NCBI GenBank assembly: GCA_965243135.1
Contig: OZ251539.1
Location: 2,240,001-2,304,000, forward strand
DNA from: Alphaproteobacteria bacterium
GTDB lineage: Bacteria > Pseudomonadota > Alphaproteobacteria > MPNO01 > UBA830
Direction of reading: 5' to 3'
Length of the DNA: 64,000 nucleotides
In this document: piece by piece, positions 52,188 through 62,660 of the stretch
Position numbering within the stretch: the first letter of the stretch is position 1
How the letters are laid out: each line of letters starts with the position of its first letter
Made by a program: the position numbers and the translations under genes
The notes under the pieces: generated by a model
Database searches by the model: none
Seen by the model: the letters and a program-made list of their open reading frames with translations, nothing else
What the model was told of the DNA's origin: nothing

Positions 52188-54536
52188 ATGGCGAACGCAA
52201 ACGGAATCGGCGCCTCGATCCCGCGCAAGGAGGACTTGAGGTTCCTGAAAGGCGAAGGCCGCTACACGGACGACCTCCGAAAACCGGGTCAACTATACGC
52301 AGCGTTCGTGCGGGCCGGGCATGCCCACGCGACGATTGGATCGATCCGGTCCGAGGCGGCCAGCCGGGTGAAGGGCGTCGTCGCCGTGCTGACGGGCGAA
52401 GACTACAGGGCGGACGGCCACGGACCCATTCCGCACCAGGCGATCGAAGGCAATCCGGCCGACGAAAAGAGTCCCGCTTTTACGGAGAACGATCCCGTCG
52501 CTCTCTGTTTCGGGCAATGGCCGCTGCCGTTCGACAAGGTCCGCCACGCCGGCGAAGCGGTGGCGGTCGTGATCGCCGCAAGCAGCGAAATAGCTCGCGA
52601 CGCGGCCGGCCTCGTGGAAATCGAGCTCGACGAACTGCCGTCGATCGTGGACCCATATCAGGCGATGGCGGACGGAGCGCCCCTCGTATGGAACGAGGCT
52701 CCGGGCAATCTCTGCATCCATGCGATTCGAGGACAGCCCGGGAAGACTTCGGAAGCTCTCGCCGCCTCCGACTTCGTCGTCTCGGGCGAGTTCGCCGCCT
52801 CGCGAATCGTTTCCTGCTTCATGGAGCCGAGAGCCGGCATCGCCGAGTTCGTCGACGGAAGATATGTCGTCACGGCCGGCAATCAGGGCGTCCATCGCTA
52901 CCGGCAAATGATCGCGGGAGCGCTTCGCGCCGCCCCGGAACAGGTCCGGGTGATCTGTCCCGACACCGGCGGCGGTTTCGGCTCGCGCAGCCACCTCAAC
53001 CCCGAATACGTGGTTATCGCCTGGGCCGCCAAGCGTCTGGATCGACCGGTCAGGTTCACGAACGACCGCTCGGAGTCATTTCTCGCCGATTGGCAAGGCA
53101 GAGACATGATCCTGAAAGGCGAACTCGGATTGGCCAGGGACGGACGCTTCATGGCCTACCGCCTTTCGATCCTCGCCAACAACGGAGCTCATACGGTCTG
53201 TTACGCTTCCCAAGCCAATGCCACCCGGCTCTTCACGACCGTCTACGACGTGCCGGCCGCCTGTCTCGAGCACAAGGTCTTCCTGACGAACACGGCGGCG
53301 GTCCTGCCCTTCCGGGCGGCGGGGCGGCCGGAGGTGACCTACGCCATCGAACGGTTGATCGACCGCGCGGCCCATCGATTCGGCTTCGACCGGAAGGAAA
53401 TCCGGCTGAAAAACCTGATACGGCGGGGCGCGATGCCCTATGCCAGCCCGGCCGGGCTTACCTACGACGTAGGAGACTTTCCGGCCGCTTTCGAACGAGC
53501 CGCCGAAATCGCGGACTGGAACGGATACGAAAGCCGGCGCAGGGCGACGGAAGCGCGCGGCCTGAAAAGAGGCATCGCCATTGTTCCCTTCGTGGAGTCT
53601 CCCGTGGGCGCGCCGGCGGAGATGGTGAGGGTGCGGATCGGCGGCGACGGAAAGGCCACGGTGCAAGCCGGAACGCAGAATCACGGCCAGGGGCACGAGA
53701 CGACCTACGCCCAGGTTATATGCGAACTGCTCGGAATTCCGTTCGGCGACGTAGTCCTCGAAGACGGCGACTCCGACGCCCTGCCGTTCGGCGGCGGCAC
53801 CCATTCCGACCGATCGATGCGGATGGCGGGCGAACTGTTGTGCGAGGCGGCCGACGATCTGATCGCCCAGGCCCTGCCCGACGCCGCAAGACTCATGCAG
53901 GCGGACGAAAAGGACGTCGTCTTCGAAAACGGAACCTTCCGTTCCGCGGGAGCGGCGGTCGGAATCGTCGATGTCGCCGCGGCGCGAAGCGAGGCCGGAG
54001 TTTCAAACGGGCTCGCGGCCGAAGCGGCGCGGCGACAACGCATCCCCGCCTTCCCCTACGGCGCGGCGGTGGCCGAAGTCGAAATCGACCCCGATACGGG
54101 AGAGACGACGATAGACCGGTATTCGAGCGTCAACGACGCGGGCACCCCGATCAATCCGATGATCGTTCACGGCCAGACGCACGGCGGCATCGTTCAGGGC
54201 GCGGGTCAGGCGATCGGCGAAAACGCTGTCTACGATCCGTCGTCAGGCCAACTGACGACCGGCTCGTTCATGGACTACGCGATGCCTCGCGCCGACTGGT
54301 TTCCATCGTTCCGGCTCGACGAGGTCGATGTGCCGACCCTCGGAAACCGTCTGGGCGTGAAGGCCGCAGGCGAAGCCGGGACCGTGCCTGCGCTTGCGAT
54401 CGTCGGCAACGCGGTTCTCGACGCTTTGCGGCCGCTGGGCGTTACGGAATGCGAAATGCCGTTCACCGCATGCCGGATCAGGAAAGCGATCCAGGATCGC
54501 AGCCTGCCGGCAACGCCAGATGAAGAACGATCTTAA
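52188..54536 (+). CDS. Xanthine dehydrogenase-family molybdopterin-binding large subunit
   Basis: IGASIPRKED, TGGGFGSR, FRAAGRPE, HGQGHET and INPMIVHGQTHGG. Confidence 0.92.
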   Translation: MANANGIGASIPRKEDLRFLKGEGRYTDDLRKPGQLYAAFVRAGHAHATIGSIRSEAASRVKGVVAVLTGEDYRADGHGPIPHQAIEGNPADEKSPAFTENDPVALCFGQWPLPFDKVRHAGEAVAVVIAASSEIARDAAGLVEIELDELPSIVDPYQAMADGAPLVWNEAPGNLCIHAIRGQPGKTSEALAASDFVVSGEFAASRIVSCFMEPRAGIAEFVDGRYVVTAGNQGVHRYRQMIAGALRAAPEQVRVICPDTGGGFGSRSHLNPEYVVIAWAAKRLDRPVRFTNDRSESFLADWQGRDMILKGELGLARDGRFMAYRLSILANNGAHTVCYASQANATRLFTTVYDVPAACLEHKVFLTNTAAVLPFRAAGRPEVTYAIERLIDRAAHRFGFDRKEIRLKNLIRRGAMPYASPAGLTYDVGDFPAAFERAAEIADWNGYESRRRATEARGLKRGIAIVPFVESPVGAPAEMVRVRIGGDGKATVQAGTQNHGQGHETTYAQVICELLGIPFGDVVLEDGDSDALPFGGGTHSDRSMRMAGELLCEAADDLIAQALPDAARLMQADEKDVVFENGTFRSAGAAVGIVDVAAARSEAGVSNGLAAEAARRQRIPAFPYGAAVAEVEIDPDTGETTIDRYSSVNDAGTPINPMIVHGQTHGGIVQGAGQAIGENAVYDPSSGQLTTGSFMDYAMPRADWFPSFRLDEVDVPTLGNRLGVKAAGEAGTVPALAIVGNAVLDALRPLGVTECEMPFTACRIRKAIQDRSLPATPDEERS

Positions 54537-55157
54537 ATAAGAACGCATTGATAATAAAGAGATTTTCTCAAAAACGCCGATTTTGCAGTTTTCTGATTAA
54601 ATAAACACAGGCGAGCGGACCCGAGCCCCGACGCAAGGCTCCAGTCGGCACCGGAATTGCGAACCAGCGTGCGGCCCGTCGGCGGAAGCCGGATGCTCGT
54701 AAGCGTTCGGTCGCGGGATAAGCTACCCGTTCCGCCCCCCGGGCAGCGAACGCTTACGGATGCTCGCCGGTTACGCTTAAATAAGAACATATTGATAATA
54801 AAGAGGTTTTCTCAAAAACGCCAGCTTTTGCAGTTTCCTGATTAAATAAACATGGGCGAGCGGACCGGAGCCCCGACGCAAGGCGCCGGTTGGCGCCGGA
54901 ATTGCGAAAGCGCGATGAACTGTGGCGCGAGGGAAGGCTTTGCCACCCGCGCGCGACTGTCCGGCAAAGGTCCCCGGTGCCTCTCCGGGGTCGCGCCTGG
55001 AACTCAAATTCATGGCAGGCCGCAGGCCTCGAAAAACGATGCATGCATGCGGCTCGTCGGCGGAAGCCGGAATCGCCGAATACGTTTAAATAAGAACATG
55101 TTGATAATAAACAAAATTTTTGGAAAAACCGGTTCCTGCAGGTTCCAGATTAAATAA
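54533..55157. repeat. Three copies of a 72-73-bp AT-rich core within longer degenerate direct repeats
   Basis: ttaaataagaac..attgataataaa....gattaaataa at 54533-54604, 54777-54849 and 55086-55157. Confidence 0.9.
54699..54757. mobile_element. 59-bp IS66-derived mini-element
   Basis: gtaagcgttcg...cgaacgcttac flanked by the exact 8-bp duplication ggatgctc (54691-54698, 54758-54765). Confidence 0.9.
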
Positions 55158-55294
55158 GGCTCGCCCAAGCGAGATGTTGCGCCACCTCCCTCGCTCGCGC
55201 CCAAAAGGCACCTGCCCTTTGGGAGGCTTCCCGTCTCGCTTTTCCGCAAACCGCCCGAATCGACCGCGTCCGCGAGAATGCCGCCGCCCGGCCC

Positions 55295-56701
55295 TTACGC
55301 CCAGAACGGCAAATATCGCGCATACTTGCGAGAGCCGCCCACAGAGTCGTCCACCTTGATCAGATCGGCGTTTACGGTCGCCGCGATGATCTGCGAAACG
55401 ACCGTCCCCTTTCGCTGCGGCAGTCCGAAACGTTCGCGCAACGACCCGTTGGTCATGCGTTCGTTCGCGACGTGCTTCAAAGCGCAGTGCAGATAACAGG
55501 CCCGAATGCGGGCATTTCTGTCCATTTCTTCGAACGGTTGCGGTCCGTAAATGGTCGCGACCGTCCGACCGAAGGCCAACGCGAAACGCGGCGCGGGAAG
55601 CTGGCGACGCTCCGTTTCGCGGACGACCCGGTCGATGCCGCTGCTCCTTTCTTCGCAGATGCCCATGCGGCGCATGAGATCCGCGAGACGCTCGTTTCGC
55701 GACCGGTAGCCGTCGATAAAGCGCTCCACCGGAACCAGCGGTTCGCCCGGGCTGGAAATCTCGATCCGGTCGGAAAACACCTCGATCATCGGTCTGGCGC
55801 CGCCGACCGACAAGTCCTGATGAATCATGGCGTTTGCGATCAGCTCCCGAACGCCGTCCAACGGCAGCAGCACCGCGTTCTTGCGCAGACCGTTTTCCAG
55901 AACCTCGTTTTGGGGAAGTTGCGACATTACGAATGAAACGAGTCTCTCGAAACCTGTCGCATATCCCCTTTGCTCGATATGATCGGCTCGAACGTCGATC
56001 TTGGACGTGCCTTCGTAAACGACGACGCGAGGAGCCTTGCGGTCAAGGTCCGCAAATCGCGTCAGATCCTTGGCCAGAAGCAATCCCCCCAAGCGGCGGA
56101 CGGCGTATCCGCCGGCGCTTCGAGCGATCAACCGCTCGCTTTCGAGACGGTCGAGCACGCCCGCCCTGTCGCCCGGGTACGGCTGCCCCATCAACTCGAA
56201 AAACGTCTGAGTGTCGAGAAGGTCGATGACGTCCTGTCCGTTCAGATTTTCGAGCGCGCGCTCTTCGATCCAGTCCGGCCTGCCCTCGTCGAAAATCGCC
56301 CGCAAACGGTCTTCGGACATGGCGACGGTCGATTCGCCCGTCCTCATGAGATATCGGCCGTCGAGATGCCAGGCCGTTCCTCTAGGCCTCGAAGGGATCT
56401 CGAAAACGACGACGCGACCATCCGGATGATCCACTTCCCAAACGTCGATCTGGAAGCGGATCTTGTTGAACAACCATTCGGCAATCCGGTTTACGTCGCG
56501 AAACGCGCCGCTGCCGACAACCCGGCGGGGAAGCCTGTCTGCAATTCCCAGCAGAAAGTGTCCGCCGCCTTCGTTGGCGATAGCAACGCAATACGCTGCG
56601 AGGTCCTGACGGTCGTAGTTGCTCCTCGCTTCCTTGAATTCCAGCCCGGAATGTTCCGCCGACGCTTGTCGCCACTGGTCCACCTGCTCGGGAGTGACCA
56701 T
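55295..56701 (-). CDS. Schlafen/AlbA_2-domain protein with HATPase_c_4-like C-terminal region
   Basis: EHSGLEFKEA...AIANEGGG..LLGI.D, RELIANAMIHQD, DRIEISSPG, RNERLADLMR and EERSSGI. Confidence 0.85.
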   Translation of the reverse strand: MVTPEQVDQWRQASAEHSGLEFKEARSNYDRQDLAAYCVAIANEGGGHFLLGIADRLPRRVVGSGAFRDVNRIAEWLFNKIRFQIDVWEVDHPDGRVVVFEIPSRPRGTAWHLDGRYLMRTGESTVAMSEDRLRAIFDEGRPDWIEERALENLNGQDVIDLLDTQTFFELMGQPYPGDRAGVLDRLESERLIARSAGGYAVRRLGGLLLAKDLTRFADLDRKAPRVVVYEGTSKIDVRADHIEQRGYATGFERLVSFVMSQLPQNEVLENGLRKNAVLLPLDGVRELIANAMIHQDLSVGGARPMIEVFSDRIEISSPGEPLVPVERFIDGYRSRNERLADLMRRMGICEERSSGIDRVVRETERRQLPAPRFALAFGRTVATIYGPQPFEEMDRNARIRACYLHCALKHVANERMTNGSLRERFGLPQRKGTVVSQIIAATVNADLIKVDDSVGGSRKYARYLPFWA

Positions 56702-57494
56702 TCCTCGCTTTCCTTTGCCGGACGAGTCCGGACGCCAAAATGTCCCTCCTCGCCGTACCGGTCAATCCCTGTCCGGAAAAACGGCTTCATTCCTTCGACT
56801 TTCGACCGCACGGACTGCGAAACCCGCAGAGGTGCATCTCCGGCATCGCCGGACCGGAAAAATATATTGATTTTCAATAGTTATCCAAGTCCCCGACGCG
56901 ACGCCCCAAGACGGAACCAGCGATTTCCCGACAAGCGCCGTTTCGGGTTCGCCACGGGACTGGAGGACAAAAAGAACGCTCCCGGCGGCACGGCAGAATG
57001 CTGGCCTCGACCCACGACAGCGTTCCCATGCCAGTCTCGCAATCTCCGAACGGTTTGTCCTTCTCGGAGATCTCCCGGTTGCCGCCGAGGCGGCGCGAAC
57101 TTTCGCGTCCATCGTCAAGAAAAGGGGCTGCAACCGCAAAGGCGCCATCGCAGCCTTCGTCAAAGAAGGGGCCGAGCGACAGGCCCAGCGGGGGCAACAG
57201 CCCGGAACGCCGCCGCGCGAACGCGCGCCGCGCTTGCCGGTAGAGGTTCCTGCCGCTGTCCGCGGCAAGCCTTGCGCGAAAAACGGAGAAAAGGTCACCG
57301 GATTGGTCGAGGTCGAGTTTCGCGCCTGCAAGCGACGTTGTCGCCGACCCAAGCAGACCGCGCGCAGCGAAGCAGGAGGTGCGCCGGCGCCGCGGTTGGT
57401 CGCGAACAACGGCGCCGGTTTCCAACCGGGACTTACGCCCCGTGCGACCGTGACAGTCGCTCGACTTCGAGGTCTTGCCGGTAAGGCAACGGCG

Positions 57495-57757
57495 TCAAGA
57501 GCCCCTTGTTCGCGCCCCGTCCGCCGGCGGCGTTCGTGCGGCGACGGTTTCCGGTGCGGCGGTCTGGCGTTCGAGGCCGGCTATCAGCGCCTCGAGCGCC
57601 GTCATGTCTTCCTCGTGGCGGCGTTCTTCGGCTTCGCGCCGCTGCTGCGCGGCCGCGCTGTTGTTGCCCGCGTTCGTCGTTGGCGCGGACGCCATACGCC
57701 GGCCGCGACGACATCGGCGGAAGCGACGGCGAGGCTGGCGATCTCCAAGGCGGTCAT
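57495..57757 (-). pseudogene. Degraded small membrane-anchored coiled-coil gene
   Basis: MTALEIASLAVAS... then frameshifted RRHEEDMTALEALIAGLERQT. RBS gaaagga. Confidence 0.4.
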
Positions 57758-58199
57758 GAGCGTCCTTTCCAGAAAGGACGGATTATCCACGGCGCCTATC
57801 GTCAAGGCAAAAACGTCTGCGTGCAGGGTGAGTTCATCCTTCGGCATAACCCAAGGAAAGGCCGTTCCAGACGGGGCGCATCGGCGGATGATTTTTTCTG
57901 GACATCTTTGCCGCCAATGCGCCGACGGCGAAAAACGGGCCGAACGACGTTCGGCCGATGCTCGACCGGGCCCGGACGCGACCGGCGGGACGAACGGAAG
58001 CGTCGCTCGCTCTCTGCAAGCGTTTTCGGTGCACGCACGGACATTGCGGCTCGGCCTGCGACGCGCAGCCACCGGCTCCCCGAGCTCGAAACTCCAGCGA
58101 CGTTACGGGTTTTTCCGTGACCGGTTCCGCCATCGCCTTCAACCGCGCGAGGTTTCCAGGGATTCCCGAGAAACCTCGCGAGCTCGGACGCCCTGCGCC

Positions 58200-58565
58200 G
58201 TTGACGGCTCGGCGCCCCCGGCTTCGCCGCAAACCGCAGGGCAAGTTCGCGGAACCCAAGACCCGCCACCGCGCCGCCGGCGGTCGACAATGCCAAGGAC
58301 CCTGGCCCGGGTTCGGGTCGAAGCCCTCGCGTCCCCTCGGAGGCGCGACGACTGCCCGACGCCGCTACGCGTTGCGCGCGACCCTGACCTTTTGCGAGAG
58401 CCCGTGCGGAATCCGCCGGGCCGCTGACCGAACCGAAGTCGGCCGCGCCCGGGAGCGCGGCAAGCTTGACGCGCGGACGCGCCCTCCCGGTCAAGGACGC
58501 TGAAGCCACTCCGGCGGGACCGGAGGCGAATCCTCGACGACGTCACCCCGCGACCGAACGCTTAC
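58200..58565 (+). mobile_element. Relic DUF4338 3' half plus IS66 terminal repeat
   Basis: Decayed match to 23152-23520 (cgctacgcgttgcgc, cgccctcccggtcaaggac), ending in caccccgcgaccgaacgcttac. Confidence 0.75.
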
Positions 58566-59088
58566 CGGCAAGCACGGTGCGATTATGCATGGACATGGTG
58601 AAACCGCTTCGCTACCTTTCATATTGAAGTTCACAATCGACAGGTTCGCAGTCGGCGAAACAATGCCGCAAGACTGCAAGAATTGACGGAGAACCAGATG
58701 ACTTCCAGCGAACCGACGGATGGCATCGGCAAGACATCCGGGTTCCGGGACACGGACGATGATGGCGACGCGACATCGAATTCAACGAAGAAACGCGAAC
58801 CGCTCACTCAAACCGGACCCCTGACCGGCCGAAGAATAGCTCGTTGAACATGCGTGGCCTGTGTCCCCAGAGCCTTCAGACATCCGGGATCGGAGGACGA
58901 CCGGTTCGGTTCGCGAAGGCGAACTCACTTCGGAATTTTCCGTCGCCAAGACTGAACTACACCTTAATTTGCGTTTTCAAACCGCGATATCTTGCCGCTT
59001 TATCGACAATTCAGCGGCGCATTGCGGAACCTTCATAAGGTGAATTTCTCGACCTTGAGAGGCGGCAAAGACCGAAGCGATCAGGGCA

Positions 59089-60111
59089 ATGCAATCTGAA
59101 GATCTTGAGCGAACTTCAGGGCCGCAATCGCCTCTTCTGGAGGTCGTCAACCTATATACGAAATTCAATACGCCGAAGGGGGTCGCTTGCGCGGTGGACG
59201 GTATATCGTTTAAGCTGCAACGAGGGCGAACGCTCGGTATTGTTGGGGAATCCGGATCTGGAAAGACCGTATTGTCTCGATCCATCATGGATATCCTGGC
59301 CCACGACGGATCGGTCGAATACAAAGGAGAAATTCTTTTCGAAGGACGCGATCTACGCCGTCTGAATCGGAAGGAAATGCGAAAAGTCCGAGGCCGCGAA
59401 ATCGCCATGATATTTCAAGACCCGATGTCCTCCTTGAATCCTGTCAAAAAAATTGGAGTTCAGATAACTGAGGTGCTGACGAAATGTTGCGGTTTCTCCT
59501 CTCGATCAGCGAGAATCCGGGCCATTGAATTGCTTTCCGCCGTGGGCATAGCGGACCCTGAACGGCAGTTAAATCATTACCCCATGCATCTTTCCGGCGG
59601 AATGCGGCAACGCGTCGCCATCGCAATAGCGCTCGCCGGAGAACCCAAGCTGTTGATTGCGGATGAACCGACTACCGCCTTGGACGTTACAATTCAAGGA
59701 CAAATTCTGGATCTCCTGCAACAATTGCAGCGTCAACGAAACATGGCGATCATGCTCATCACTCACGATCTCGGAGTCGTCGCGGAGTACGCAGACGAGG
59801 TCGCCGTAATGTACGCCGGTCAGATTGTCGAACGATCCGAAACTCGCGACCTCCTCAACAGGCCTCGGATGCCTTACACCGAGGCGTTGATGCAATCGGT
59901 TCCTGTTTTGTCGGATCCTCCCCATTCCCGACTCCATGCGATACCAGGCCTTCCGCCAAATCTTTTGAACGTGCCGAACGGATGCCGTTTCCACGAGCGC
60001 TGTCGATACGTCCAGAAGGACTGCCGTGAGCGAATGCCGCTTCTGAAGTCGGAACTCCCCTCGGAGCACTCCTTCGCGTGCTGGCATCCTCTGGCTTGCG
60101 GGGAGGCATAG
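59089..60111 (+). CDS. Oligopeptide/dipeptide ABC transporter ATP-binding subunit (OppD/DppD-like)
   Basis: GESGSGKT, FQDPMSSLNP, LSGGMRQR, ADEPTTALD and GCRFHERC. Confidence 0.93.
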   Translation: MQSEDLERTSGPQSPLLEVVNLYTKFNTPKGVACAVDGISFKLQRGRTLGIVGESGSGKTVLSRSIMDILAHDGSVEYKGEILFEGRDLRRLNRKEMRKVRGREIAMIFQDPMSSLNPVKKIGVQITEVLTKCCGFSSRSARIRAIELLSAVGIADPERQLNHYPMHLSGGMRQRVAIAIALAGEPKLLIADEPTTALDVTIQGQILDLLQQLQRQRNMAIMLITHDLGVVAEYADEVAVMYAGQIVERSETRDLLNRPRMPYTEALMQSVPVLSDPPHSRLHAIPGLPPNLLNVPNGCRFHERCRYVQKDCRERMPLLKSELPSEHSFACWHPLACGEA

Positions 60112-60113
60112 GC

Positions 60114-61106
60114 ATGACGGAGAACCCTGTCCTTTCCGTCAGAAGCGTCACTGTCGAGTACCTTGCAGAGGGTGGGCGTTTCGCAGCAATCGAAGATATT
60201 AGTTTTGATCTCTTTGAGGGAGAAACTCTGGGAATAGTGGGAGAATCAGGTTGCGGAAAATCAACCATGGGCCGCGCCATATTGCAGCTGCCAAAACCGA
60301 CTGCTGGCAAGATATTTTTCGAAGGCATCGAACTTACCGGAATTTCCGTCAAAGAAATGCGCGAAGTTCGCCGCCGACTTCAGATCATTTTTCAGGATCC
60401 GGTATCGTCGCTGAATCCGCGTCGCAAAATAAAAGATATCGTCGCAGAACCATTGGTAATCGCCGGCCTCGGCGATCGACAAGAACGCGAGGTCAAGGTG
60501 CGCGATGCGTTACGGACGGTTGGCATCGACCCCGACTTCAGCATGGATCGCCGACCTCACCAGTTTTCAGGAGGACAATGCCAAAGAATCTGCGTCGCTC
60601 GCGCATTGATAATGGAACCAAAGATGGTAGTTTGCGACGAGCCGGTTTCCGCTCTCGACGTTTCTGTGCAAGCGCAAATACTGAACCTCTTGGAAGAAAT
60701 GAAGCAACGTTACGGTTTGACGCTATTGTTCATCAGCCACGATCTGGCAGTCGTCAAGAACATCAGTGATCGGATCGCGGTCATGTACCTGGGGAAACTC
60801 TGCGAACTTGCGGCTTCCAAGCATATCTACGCCGCCCCGGCGCATCCGTACACGAAGGGCCTGATATCGGCCATCCCCGACATCGAAGCGGTCCGATCCG
60901 GCCAAAACAGGAAGCCGGTACTCGCTGGCGAGATTCCCTCTCCGCTCAAACCGCCGACAGGGTGCCGATTTCGGACCCGCTGCAAATTCGCTCGGGCGAT
61001 ATGCGAACATGAAGAGCCGCAGTTACAACGAATCGAGGAGCAACGTTACGTTGCCTGTCATTTCCCGTTGTCGCAGCCGACGAGATCGGCGAGCGGCACG
61101 GCCTGA
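60114..61106 (+). CDS. Oligopeptide/dipeptide ABC transporter ATP-binding subunit (OppF/DppF-like)
   Basis: GESGCGKS, FSGGQCQR, CDEPVSALD, HPYT and GCRFRTRC. Confidence 0.93.
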   Translation: MTENPVLSVRSVTVEYLAEGGRFAAIEDISFDLFEGETLGIVGESGCGKSTMGRAILQLPKPTAGKIFFEGIELTGISVKEMREVRRRLQIIFQDPVSSLNPRRKIKDIVAEPLVIAGLGDRQEREVKVRDALRTVGIDPDFSMDRRPHQFSGGQCQRICVARALIMEPKMVVCDEPVSALDVSVQAQILNLLEEMKQRYGLTLLFISHDLAVVKNISDRIAVMYLGKLCELAASKHIYAAPAHPYTKGLISAIPDIEAVRSGQNRKPVLAGEIPSPLKPPTGCRFRTRCKFARAICEHEEPQLQRIEEQRYVACHFPLSQPTRSASGTA

Positions 61107-61109
61107 AAA

Positions 61110-61730
61110 ATTGGTCCGTTCCCGTCAATCTTGAAGCGCAACGCAGACGGTCGGCGATCTGCGTCGTGTGGGCAGACCGTGGCGGGTTAGCCGCCGGGCA
61201 AAGGCAGCGCAACTTGCGCAACTGCCTGTCGATGCGCTCCGTCAGACGGGCGTCGCAGGGAAAGTCGAACATTAGTCGACCTTGTCCTGGCCTTTGCACC
61301 ACGTTCCGTCGGGGCGTAAGCCGCAGCCGGGTTCGAGGATCGCACCCGCGCGCAACGCTTGGTCGCTGCAGAGCGGCAGGTGTCGTAGTAGCCGTGGAAG
61401 AAATGACCTCTTGGTCGCCGTGCGGCCGCTCAACAGCGGCGTTGAAGTCTGGAACGATCTCCTTCCGCGGCAACAAGCTTCGAGAAACAGGTCGAGCTGT
61501 TCAGCGCCTCCATGCAGGAGACGATCCTCTTCCGTCTCGGCTTCGTCGAGCACGCCCGGCTCAAGCCGGCTCAGGCGCTCGAACCGGTCAGCGGATGGCC
61601 TCGGTCGCGCTCCCGAACCCAACCAGTCAGGTCGACACGCCCGCCGCCATTCCCGCCGTCCCGGAACTGGTCGTGATCGTTGACGTTATCGTAACCCAAT
61701 GCAAGGTCGAACAGTGCCGCACCGCAGTCG
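61110..61730 (-). pseudogene. IS1380-family transposase relic
   Basis: Frameshifted pieces LALGYDNVNDHDQFR, LDLFLEA and KEIVPDFNA...HGDQE resemble IS1380 motifs (LALGYEDLNDHD, IVLDxDATDxxLHGxQE). Confidence 0.6.
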
Positions 61731-62013
61731 GAACCCAGCCGGCACCTAGAAATCGCTGACTGCGTTGCGGCTTCCGAAGCCTTGAAACTCGGATCGCAAA
61801 TGTCTACGATCCGTCGCAATGGAACTTCTCTCCGCAGGTTGCATAGTTGCTTGAATCCGCTACGATTACTGTAAATTGGAACCCCACGCGCTCCCTTGTG
61901 GCGATCTATCCGGAATAACGACGCATGCGGAGGATTGTGGAGGCGCGTATCTAGGCGAGTACCCCGAAGCATATGCGCATGGCTCGAAAAGTATGGACGA
62001 CATAGGGGGCAAA

Positions 62014-62298
62014 ATGCATCCGTTGATCGAAACTCACCGGGCTCGAATTCTTGCCCTCGCCGAGCGTCACGGGTTGCAGGACGTACGGGTATTCGGGTCG
62101 ATGGCCCGGGACGATGCGGACGATGCGAGCGATGTCGATCTACTGGTCTCGCTAGCTCCCAACAAGACAGGGTTGGCACTAGGCGCCCTGCTGGTGGAGG
62201 TAGAGGAGCTCCTTAATCGTCGAGTAGAGGTGCTGACAGAAAGCAGTCTCCACCCCGCAATACGCGACCAAGTGTTGAAGGAAGCGCAGCCATTGTGA
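62014..62298 (+). CDS. Minimal nucleotidyltransferase (MntA-like antitoxin)
   Basis: VRVFGSMAR......SDVDLLV...LL.RRVEV. Confidence 0.9.
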   Translation: MHPLIETHRARILALAERHGLQDVRVFGSMARDDADDASDVDLLVSLAPNKTGLALGALLVEVEELLNRRVEVLTESSLHPAIRDQVLKEAQPL

Positions 62299-62660
62299 TA
62301 CCGGGCACGGACTCTGACCGAATATTGCTGGCGCACATTCTCAAGTGCATGGATCGTATTCGGAACTACACGTATGGACAGCGGGAAACGTTCTATAATT
62401 CGCATATGGTGCAAGATGCAGTGGTGCGTAATTTACAAATTCTTGCAGAGTCGACGCAGCGGCTGAGCAAATCGCTCAAAGCTACCGAGCCCGCCGTGCC
62501 GTGGAGCGCGATCGTCGGCTTTCGCAACATATTAACCCACAACTATCTTGGGATTGATCTGGACGCAGTCTGGAGTGTAGTCGAAACGGATTTGCCGCAG
62601 TTGAGGTCAGTGATCGAACGAATGTCGCAGGCGCTTGCTGCGACCGAAGATCGTTCGTGA
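62295..62660 (+). CDS. HEPN/DUF86 (HepT-like) RNase toxin
   Basis: QDAVVRNLQILAE...VPWSAIVGFRNILTHNY (RX4HXY). GTGA overlap. Confidence 0.9.
   Translation: MIPGTDSDRILLAHILKCMDRIRNYTYGQRETFYNSHMVQDAVVRNLQILAESTQRLSKSLKATEPAVPWSAIVGFRNILTHNYLGIDLDAVWSVVETDLPQLRSVIERMSQALAATEDRS

Noticed and set aside
54533-54560. dif/Xer site
   Set aside because: AT-rich but does not fit the XerC-6bp-XerD (ttatgttaaat) consensus.
56880-57480. Possible further transposase relic (LVEVEFRACK)
   Set aside because: A single weak motif; no ends or other motifs could be supported.
61737-61747. attR-like duplicate of the tRNA-Thr 3' end (cagccggcacc)
   Set aside because: Only 11 bp and GC-rich, with no integrase in the window; plausibly chance.
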